Assembly (NCBI GenBank): GCA_001642005.1
Contig: LWCA01000117.1
Location: 1 to 52,265, forward strand
Direction of reading: 5' to 3'
DNA: 52,265 bases
Origin: Intoshia linei
Lineage: Eukaryota; Animalia; Orthonectida
Part shown: positions 37,401-49,400 of the stretch, piece after piece
Position numbering within the stretch: position 1 is the stretch's first letter
How the letters are laid out: each line of letters opens with the position of its first letter
Notes under the pieces: model-generated
What the model was told of the DNA's origin: nothing
Database searches by the model: none
What the model saw: the letters and a program-made list of their open reading frames with translations, nothing else
Made by a program: the position numbers and the translations under genes

Positions 37401-40400
37401 GTCAAAATAAATGAGATACAGATACAGTCAAAATCTCATTTAACGATGGTGTACAATTTGTTGTATGTTGTACAAGGTGTACGATTTAATCATGGTTTAC
37501 ACAAATATCACAAATAACCACATTTTATATCATTAATTTTATTTTTTTAAAAATAATTCGATCTTTCTGTACCTATACTGAAATTCTCAACTTTTGAACT
37601 TTTATCCTTTAAGTATATAAAAGTAATGCCTATGTGTTACTATTTATTTAGAAAAATTAACCGTCCTACAATTTAAACCAAATTAACTTTAAACAAAGTT
37701 TTACGAGAGTCATGTTTTTGTGCAAGTTTCATTTTCAAAAATTATGTCAATGTTATATCAAACTATCAAACTATCAAACTGGCCAATACCCCTTTTTTTA
37801 AAATTAACCCTCGAATTTTAAAAAAAATAGATTCTGGTAAACATTTATATTCATTAACATTGTCGTAAATCGCAACCTCAAAAAATTGCATTTTTACAAT
37901 CAAAACCCCAGATTACCCTTTTGATCAAAATTAAAAGAGACGTAAAATTTAAAAAAATATTACAGTTTATATTTATCTCCAGTTAAGCCACACAAAAAAT
38001 TTAATTTTACAAAGTGATGCCTTCACGGCTAAAAAACACTTTGGTATTCATTTTTTTAATATTTGTTATTTATTTTATTAACAAACACAAAAATTTGAAA
38101 TAATTAATGGTCCAAGAATTTAAAAAAAATTATCTTATAAATATTATTTGACTTGATATATAAAAAAATTTCAATCTCAGAAATCTACGCATTCCTAGTG
38201 AAAAATAGCTTAATATGTTATGTTAACCCATCTTTTTCAAAGTTTAAATAAAAATTTAAATATTCATCCTACAATTTCACCAACCATTGAGAACTACTAA
38301 TATACAATAAAACAAGATTCATATAATCTACCAAATTTTCCCTTTCCAACAAATTGTTAAACTTTCCCTGCTCGCAGAATAAAAATGTTGTGAAACGCTT
38401 CCTAAATCTAAATCTCTACACTGATATGAATGATTTTTTAATGCACCGCGACGTCCGCCATATTTCTACATTTATCCACCCCTACAATTTCATCCATAAT
38501 TGAATTATTTTACTTTAAAAAGTTAAAAAATTATAAAACCCTAATTTAAGCTACAATCAATTCAAAAACATTCCAGAAAATGAAAGTAGAAAAAAAATAA
38601 AATGCAATTTCTGGGAGTTTCTTGACCAATTTTTTATCGTCTTTTTGGGATAACATTATTGATATAAAATAAAAAATCTTAATCGACGCTCGAAAAGGTT
38701 TTCCCTTTGAAATTCTCTTAAACCTTTCATTATTTAAATTTAAAATTTGAATAAAATTCTACATGTATGCAATTAATAAAATAAGTCTATAAAAAGGTGT
38801 ACAAAAAATATTATATTATAAATTAAAAATAAAAATTACGAATAAAACAATCAGCATTAACCATATCCTTGCACTTAATGTGGCATTTTACTGAACATTG
38901 TTCACATTTTAGTCCTTGGCGCATCAAACCCCATAATAACCCTTCACATTCAGAACAATATGTTGGTGATTTAGCCGAATATACGTTAAATTTATGTGGA
39001 GTACTATTTGATATAGGATATATTAATGCTTGAATCGTTTTCAAATAAACATGATAACACTATAAATAAAATAAATTAATAAATCAAAAAGTTTTCCAAA
39101 GTATAATTTTAAAGTTTAAAGTTTAAACTTTACACTATACTGTAAACATGATTTAATTCATATAATTATTATTATAATTATGCCATTTTTATAAATTTTA
39201 AATTTCGTCAAATTACGTTTCTATCTGTCCATACAAGATTCCAATTCATTTAAGTAAAAATACATGCTATAAAATTAAAAAGTTGTCTATAAATTTTAAC
39301 ATAACGTAGTAAATATTTAAAATCAAATATCATGCAAACAAAAATGAAATAATCATTATTTATTTATTGCACTATACTGATACGTGTAAAATGTGTAATA
39401 TTTAAATCAATAGTCTTATTTATAAATGCATCATAATTTTAATATATTAGTATCGCCAAAAATATGTGAATGCCACAATTGACATATTAATTATATATTG
39501 TTTAATTAAAATTGTAAAATAAATCTCTACAGATTTATTTGATTTATGGAATAAACAATACACGTTTGACCTCACAGTAATAGGTTAATAAATACTTTAT
39601 CAAATAAAACTTACCAATTCTGCATCATTTACCACGTATATATTTTTATTGGATATTGGAGAAAATGATTGCACATTTGTATTCTAAATTAATTTATTTG
39701 TAATTCAATTCAATTTTTTATTTTACATATAAAATTATGAGTATTAAAACAAAAAAAGTAATATATCAAATATCGAATAAAGTACGATATAAATATGTAT
39801 AATATACATTAGGGTGTGACAAAATTTTAAAAATTAAGTGCAGAATTGGAAAAAGTTAGTAATTAATCAAAAATGACAATACAAAAAAAATTAAATTAAA
39901 TAAAAATTTGCGGAGACGCTTGCAATTTTAAAGAACCTATACAAAAATGTTGTACAAAAACTAAAATATACATTTAATGTAACTTTATTTACTGGAATTT
40001 TATGATGAAATCCTGTAGTTATGTTTTAAGTAGCCTTGTGTTGATCGTCATGTTTGGTTGTTCACTTTGCATCTTTAAATTAAATTCTATCTCGTTTACT
40101 TAATATATCGATGTTTAAAGTTCTTATCATTTTTCATTGATAAAAATTTTCACTAAAAACAAAAATAAATGAGGTAGAATTGAATTTAAATATGCAAAGG
40201 GAACAACCAAACATGACGATCAACACAAGGCTACTCAAAACATAACTACAGGATTTCATCATAAAATTCCAATAAATAAAGTTACATTAAATGTATATTT
40301 TAGTTTTTGTACAACATTTTTGATGAAATTTTTAAAATGGCAAGCTTCTCCGCAAAATAATCTCCAAAATCAATTTTTTTAGTCATATGCGACTTTATTC

Positions 40401-43400
40401 ATTCCTACACAATAAAATTTAAAATTTTCAAAAAAACTACTAAACTTCACACACCTAATATACATTTTATATCAACATTAATAAAATTAGAATTAAATGT
40501 ACCTTTTTTGATTTTCGACGAATAGCTTCTAATTTTATATTTCGATTGAACATTTCAGTTGGACTAAATTAATAAAATAGAGATTATAACATAAACATGG
40601 TTAATACTCTGTAAAATCATCAGTATCGGTTATTTGAGTATGCCTATTTCTAGTCTAAATATGTACTATATGTAATGTATTTTTAATAAGTACTGTATTT
40701 ATGTTAATATACAATAAAAGATAAATGTTTAATATATTTATGTAAACATTTTATAATATATTAAGCAATTGATACATGTACTATTTGTACATTATTTTAG
40801 TTATACAATTTTTAATTCACTAAAACTGCTCTATTTAAAATTATGAAAATTATTTATTGTGTCTATGTTTAAGCATTTAAAACAATGTTAATGCATGGTT
40901 AATTTAATTTAGAACAATTATGTGAATTTTGAAGCGAATAGTTGTAAGAATTTATAATCGATGCATATAATCAGTATATATTATAACTTCCAGAATAAAC
41001 AATATACATGTATGCTGAAACTATTTTGCATAACATGCACAATATTAAATTCAATGCTAATTCGAGTCTTTAGTCTCACAATAGTTTCGTTTAAATTCAA
41101 TTTATTAATGGAAACATGATAACTAATTATGTATCTTTTATCAGTTGATTATTCATTTAATGATTCTAACCTGATTAATCAATAAATCAACTATACATTT
41201 TCATGTTTTTTTAATGTGACCTAGTTAATTTCATTTCATGAAATCTATCATTTTGTAAACCATTTGTCATGAAAAGTTTTCTGAAATGTATGAATATGAG
41301 TACATATTTATGAATGAGTTGATAATATCAATTATCATGTAATAATTACACGATAAAAAATGTGAAAAATTTTTCAGATACTTTTAACATGATGAGATAT
41401 AGTCACTCATAAAAATAAGATATAGAAATATTTCCTAGTTATTTATAATGCAAGTAAATTTTTAAAAACTGTTTTATAAAAATTTGTTGACGAAAATAAT
41501 TTTGATTTTAATTTCATTTAGGATAAGAAAATAAAATTTCAAAGCCCAAGGAATATTCCGACTATAAAAACTCAGATAATAAAGTTTTTAAATTTTTTCT
41601 CAGTTTTTGAATTTTTGGTTGTAACTCATTATTAATAAGTCAATACCACATAGAATGTAGAGAGCTATTTTTATTCTCCGTTCAATTTAATATTTACTTA
41701 CATTATTAATTGTATATAATATGCTTTTCAATATTTATTTGTGTGTGTATCACCGTTTATTTAAATAACTACCAGTCTTAAAATTTACAAAGTCTACATT
41801 TCAATTACAGTTTTTCCGAGGTGTTAGCAAAATAAATTTTAACCTTTATTCAAATTCACATATTACGAATCAAAAAGCCCAATTGTCCTTTTTTTGAAAA
41901 TCAAACACGTTCGAGAGTTTAAAAAGATATATACTCTGATACGGATTTTAAAATTATAAATATTATCATAAATTTAAATTTAAAAAAAATATATCTTCAC
42001 GGCCAAAACCCCAAATTACCCTTTTTTTAATGAAAACAGCCCTATAATTTAAAAAAATTACAGGTGTTACAGTTGTATCCTGTTAACATACACAAAAAAT
42101 TTAAATTTCAATCTGAATAAGTGACGTCTTCACGGTCAAAAAAGCATTTTAGTATTCATATATTTTTTTCCGAAATATTTTATTAAAATTATTTATTATA
42201 AATATAAATGTTATAAAACAAAAATTGTGAAATAATTAACGGTCAAAAAATTAAAAAAAAGAAGATTATTCTAATAGAACTTATTCCAGTTAATATAAAT
42301 ACCAAATTTCAAACCCAGAAATTATTATCAAATTTATTGTAATGTAAATTATAAATACTTGAAGATTAAAAATTATTTAAAAACTGATATAGAAATTATG
42401 TTTTTTTATAATTCTAAGAATCTTTTCATTTAAAAAAGGGTAATTTAGGTTTTTGACCAATAAATACCTCATTTTTGATAAATAAAATTGCGATATATAA
42501 AATACCATATCACTTGCAAAGCTATATTAGAAATGAAGTTTTTTTAATTCTGGCAAGTATAAAATTACTCTAAAATTACTTACAAAATTATTTTAAACTT
42601 ATATAAACTTTTCACAGTTAAAAATTGAAAATTTACTCATGCATTCAGATTTTTAATTTGTAACATACAGTTAAGTCCTTATGACTCCTTATTAACGGTA
42701 TTTTTGTTAACGGAAATTGCATGTTATGGAATTTAGTTTTTATTAACGAATTTTTATAAATTTCATTAATAAAAAGTGTATATCTAAAGCTCTATAATCA
42801 TTTTTAATGACTATAATAAAAAAATTCATTTGCCCATTTCATTTTTATATTAAATTAGAATTCAATTTATTTCGTTTTTCATCAAATTTTTAATATGTAT
42901 TAAATTAGATGGCGTTAATTAGAAATAATTACTATCGTTACGAAAATATCATTTTCACTTTATTTTTTTTAATAATTTAATTATAAATTTTTCATGGACC
43001 CCAAAACCACTGGGGTACACATCAACCCGTGAGAATAGTTGGTGTATGGTACTTGGCTATTTATTATTCAAAAATCTATAATAACAAGAAATATGGACAT
43101 TTAATGATTTTATTAACATTAATAACAATTATGTTACTATGGAGAAAATTCCATATTAAGTTAATAAGTACCTTGATTGTACTGTAATTATACAAGTTAT
43201 GAAATGTAATGTATGCTCAAAAATTTCTGATTTTATGAATCATAACTTATGATATTCATGTTCTAAAAAATGAATATACCGTTTGCTGAAAGAGGCACAC
43301 TGTGCCAGTTTGGACAAGAATATGATATTTTTTAGTATATATATTTATTTATTAGAAACTGTTTATTTTTATTTTCAATTTTCACTCAGTGTTAAAATTT

Positions 43401-46400
43401 ACTGTTTGATGTTAATTTATGTGGTTCTAATTTTCATTTAAATTTGCTTAATTCGGTTTTCCGGTCCCTAATTTGATCACGTGAGATAATATACGAATTT
43501 ATAATAATAAAATAAATGTACTAAATTTAGTCCATAAGTGGGAGTTATCAGTTATTCTCTTTTGAATAAAAATGACAATAATAAACTAATAAATCAAATT
43601 AATTAAATATATATATTTTACATAAATTTTAGGTTTACTGAGTAAAAAATATTTTTTATATTGAATTTTAATTAAAATAATTATTATGTCTGGATTCCGA
43701 AATATATTTTTAACATTGATAAAATATTTAGTGAATATTTAATAAATAATCATAAATCTTTCAATTTTTACCGAAAACAACAAATTTATATTAATAAACA
43801 ACGCGGGTAGTTGATACGTGTTTCATTTAAGTTTTATTTAAGCAGGCTTCCCCAATTTCACTTAGAGTCAGTTACATCAAATTTTTTTATACCATAACAA
43901 AATATGTTATCTTAAATTTGCAGATTTTCCTTGCAAAATCTTATAAATTTGTTAATATTTTCAGTAAGTGCCAACAGATATAAAACGTTTACCATTGTTG
44001 CACATATAGAAAATTTACGATTGGTTTGTGGAAACACAAAGAATTATGAAATTTTTTTTTAAACATACTTTACTTACAGGTATATAAAATTCAATGTCTG
44101 TGTGTGTTGCCTTTTATTTAAAAAATTAACAGTCGTAGAATTTACAAAACCCAATTTCTAATGCAGTTTTCGCGAGTGATGTTTTATCTAATTTTCATTT
44201 TCTGAAATGGAGCCGTTCATGACCAAAAACCCAATTTGCCCTTTTTTTAAAATATAAGCAACCCAATTTTTTTTTTAAAACATACATTTTAATACATTTT
44301 AATACATTTTAAAATATAAAAATTATCATAAATCACAAACTTAAAAAGTGCATTTTCAAGATCAAAACCGACTCTCGACAAAGTATTTGTACGAAGTACA
44401 TAACAGACGAGCTAGTATCACATAAACTACGGTTATAGCGTTAATTAATGTTTTTATATTTTAATTTTTACATTATTCTAACATGTTTTAATAGCATTTT
44501 CTTAATAAATTTTTTTTAATCAGCTCCGTTCGATTGAACTTATCCTATATTGATGTCAAACTACAATGCCGGAAATTTCAAAAACAAAAATTTTTAGTCA
44601 GTTTTTTCCAGCGCAGAAATTAAGATGAATTACATATTACCAAATTGGCACATACAAAACCACAAAAAAACAAAATACAATTTTTTTTTAAAAATGAAAA
44701 GATGCCTATAATTTTAAAACACAAAAATTTTCTGACAGTTTTTAAAAACAGTATCATTATCATGAATTCAACCTCAAAAATATTCATCGTGAAGGTCAAA
44801 ACCTATAAATTAGTAATTAGTTGTTACCCATTCTTTTGAAAAAGAAAAAAACTAAAAATTCTTAAATTGAAACTGAATTGGTAAATGATTATTCTGATAC
44901 TGTTTATTGCAGTTAGCCTATATAAAAAATTAAAAATTATAAGTAAAATTGTAATAAGTAAAATTAAACTTTATGTATATTTTTTTCTATCTTTTAATTA
45001 GTGAAACAGCCCACTATTAAATATTTATATATTAAATTCATCAGAAAATAGTACATTAATGATATTACACATGTATTTAAAAAAAAACAAACAAATTAAT
45101 GAAATAATTATCAAAATTTGTCCCCGGCTAATGGGAACTAATTCTAAGTTTTAAAAATTTTAACATGTGGATGTAAAAGCAAAGAATTTAATCAAAACAA
45201 TGACCACTATTATGACTTATCAAAATTATAAATTTACATATTTACATAAAACTAACTGAATATTTTCAATATACCTTAATAACGTTTTCCATACTTTCTA
45301 TATTAAATAATGTAGAAATTTAATCCTTTATCAAATAGTGACTACCTTCACATAATTATAATTACCTTTATAATTATCATTCTTAGTTAATTTAAGATGT
45401 TTATAATTTATTGGTACGATTAAAAGTATTATTAAAGTAATTTATAATGTATTAATAACGTCTAATCATATATCAAGTGATCATATGTGTGCATTTATTT
45501 CGACTAATATTAAATTCCAATGTTTTTATTATTTTTTAAATGTTGACTGACGTTAAAAATATTTTTCTGATTGAAATGATCTTAATATTTTAATATACGT
45601 TTCAATTTTGGGTGTTTAATATATTACATTTTTATTGTTTAGATATAAATATAGATTAATTATAAATTTACGTGGTGTTGCGACACAAGGGATATAACAC
45701 AACTTACGATAAAATTGTTATAATTCTTTTGTATTAAAATAAATTGACGAATTAATATATACTGGCTTGTCTATTTTATGATGCGTACAAAGTTTCTGAG
45801 GGGGAGGCTACCATTTGTATATTTTAAAAGAATTCAAAACCCATAAAATGTAAAAGTTGATTATGTTCAAATTTAATCGAAAAGCAAAAAAGCTGGGACG
45901 CCCAATGTGCATCGTTAAAATTTTTAGACAGACCTCATCCAGTCAGCCAATTGCACCCACCAAACAAAATATTAAACCTAACCAAAGTGACGAAACCAAC
46001 AATATGAATAAATTAATATAAATAAAATTTAGGTTAATAAAATGATAATAATGCAAAAAATATTTATCAAAAGGAAAAATAAAAAATCACTAATCACTAA
46101 ACCTAATAAATACAATGTTTATATTCTTAATTATATAATATACTACGCAATATTTGTTTGTGTGTGTGTGCGTTCCACTTTATGTCAATAACTACCAGTC
46201 ATAGAATTTTATAAAGTTTACAATTCAATTAGTTTTTTCCGGGGGATATAATAAGATAAATTTAAACCTCCCAAACTCACATCTTAAGGGTCAAAAACCC
46301 CCAATTGTCCTTTTTTTTGAAAATCCAACGAGTTGGAAAATTTAAAAAAATAAATACGCTGATACGGATTTTAAAATCATAAACATTATCATAAATTTAA

Positions 46401-49400
46401 ATTTAAAGCTGATGCGGATTTTAAAATCATAAACATTATCATAAATTTAAATTTAAAAAAATACACTGATGCGGATTTTAAAATCATAAACATTATCATA
46501 AATTTAAATTTAAAAAAATTATATTTTCAAACCAAATATGCCAAATAACTCTCTTTTTCAACCCCTGAAATCTACGCATTCCCGGTGAAAAATAATTTTT
46601 AATATATTATCAACCAATATTTGTCAAATATTTCCATTAAAATAAAATTTAATTTAAAATAAAAATAAAAATTGAAAATGTAAACATTGATCCTACAATT
46701 TCAAAAAAAATGTGCAATTTGTAGTCTACACATTTCCAATTCAATGATACGGTGAAAATCTATGTAAATCATTCTTTCGCAATTTTTCAATCTCAAATTC
46801 TCATTTTAAAACATTTTGTTTAAAATTTAAATTAAAACTACAACAACGAATTACTAAAAGGAATAAACTTTGTTGGTATCATTTGTGTATTTATTACAAT
46901 CCTTTAAAATATTGGCAAAATTCACCTCATATATGTTTATGAAGTGCTGATTCCGTCAATTATTGATACGCACATTGTAATTGGTATTTTTAAGTATTTA
47001 TTAAATTGGTACTGAATATATATTATCACATTTAAACATGAAAAAATAGGTTTTTATAATTTGATTTTTTCTGGAATTTATGCAGGATGGCTAACTGCGT
47101 TATTTTCCCCCTGAGACCCTGTGTGTAAATTGTTATTATTTTTTAAAAAGAGACCCCAAAGTAAAAGAGGGCCACCCTAAAAAAATTTTTCGCTTACAGC
47201 GAAATTACATAACACGCTGTGCTTCACTATATGGCGCTTCGCTTAAAAATTCGGGTTGAGAATAACTTAATGTTGGTAACCCTGAATTTATACTATTTAT
47301 GACAATTTTTACTTTATTTTTAATATTATACACACATTCTGTCTAATAAATTAAAAAAATTAGATAACAATTGTTTTTAAAATTTTTTACGCAAATGTTA
47401 ACAAAACAAAATTGAGATGGAATAATTCACTTTAAAGTAAAAAGTAATGTGATATGATGGTTCCACCTGAACAAAATTTGGGACCACTCTTCTAAAGGGT
47501 TGATAATACTGAATAGTATAATTTTTAAATTAGATTTTCAACGTGAATTTATTTTTTTAGTATTATAAAAATGTGTCCTCGGCATAGCTAGGTGCTGTTT
47601 GTGTGTAGTACATAACAGTCAACCTAGTGGTATATATAATGTATAGAAAATGTAAATTTAAATGTGGTAACATTTATATAAATTACAAATAAAGAGATTC
47701 GATTAAATCTAAATTCTAAAGATTACTACAGCATGAAAGAAATTAAGTAAATGTTATTTTTTATCATTTTCTTATCAACCATCTACTTTTAATTACATAT
47801 TTAAATTTAATTTAAATCATAAACAACATTAATATTCGACTAATAAATGTAAAAAGTAAATAACATTGTAAATACCGATATTTCATTAAATGCGCTTTTC
47901 CACAATTTTTTTGAATTTAAAACATTTTGTTTTTGAGTTATATCATATAAGTCTTTGGAAAATTGAGTTTCAATCTGACTTTTATCATTATAATCATAAT
48001 CAACTTCATTATCATATGTAGGGTAATCCGAAGTTTCATTGCTTTCCTGGCTTTCACAACTAACCTTATTTTTAAAATTTTCAATATTTTGATCTATATC
48101 ATAATTGATAATGGTATTTTCATAATTTTGCTGAGATACATCCAAATCGCTTTTATGAGAAGGTAGTATTTTGCCTAAAAATGTAATGTAAATGTAGAAA
48201 TTCTTAAATAGAATTGATTAAAATAGTACAAGTTAATTTTCACGAAAAAAAATTAATTTTAAATTATTCTGTATTAAATTACTGTATACGTACATTTATA
48301 CATTATCTTACAACTTTAAATTAATTAATTATATTACCCTTCTTTTTTCCTTGATAACTGATCGATTTTCTAAATTTATCTATGTATAATAAAAATTAAA
48401 TGTAAATATTTAAAATTAAACTATACCATATGTTGTAATTTATTATGATATTGATATTATCTAACCTTTTTAACAATAAACTGCAATCTGGAAACGATTT
48501 CCGTCGTTTAATCAAAGCATCTTGGTTGATATTTTCATTTTTGTAAAATACATTGGTTTCACTAATTTCATTGATTCCATTAGTTGTATCAGATTCATAA
48601 TCTTCATTGTCTTCCTGGAATAGCGTTTGTATTTCCTCTTCCAGTGATTGAATTGAATCATTTACCATTTCATATGTCAATTCACAATCGAATGCCTTTG
48701 AACGACCCCAGGAACCTTTTCGTAATTTTATTATTTCAGATATATCGGATGCTGATTTATCCGTTGAATATTTTTTAAGATATATATTTTCGTCTTCATA
48801 TTCTACACTTTGAGAGTTATTATAATGCAATTTATCATTCTAGAAACAAATAAATGTATTAATTTTGTCTAAATTACCTTGATATCTACATTTTTTATTA
48901 TATTTTTTGATTCCTTTAATATATCTGATATGCATCGTTTTTGATATTTTGTTAAATCTGAAATTCAAATAATTTAATAAATAATAATATAAATCGTATA
49001 ACAGCGCATGATGCTACACCAGTTATGCTTAACCCAATATGCCCATTTTTCAATTTTGAAGAGGGCTCTCTGTAGGTTCGGCCCTGAGTAATGATACCAG
49101 CATGGTGGTAGCATCTTTGTTTATAATGGTTTTCACTTAAGAATTAATAAACAATTAATTACTTTCCGGAACTTCTATATATGCTTCAAATGATAGTTGA
49201 TGTGGTGATGGACAACGTGTACCAATAATCTCTTTATTTTTATCATACACTACGGTTTTATTGAATCGTTTATTTAAAATTATTGATTTCTAAGTAATAA
49301 ATAATGATTAATTGAATAATAATGATAAAATGTATTAGATATACAGTTAATGTAAATGGTGGTGTAATTTATGGATGAAAGTTAAAATTAAAATTACAAT

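Noticed and set aside
43280-43345. Possible extra unc-13 exon
   Set aside because: The phase-compatible frame hits a stop just after the nearest acceptor, and there is no homology.
45770-46010. GC-richer coding-like patch
   Set aside because: The frames I translated are short or interrupted, with no recognisable family. It may be a decayed transposon fragment.
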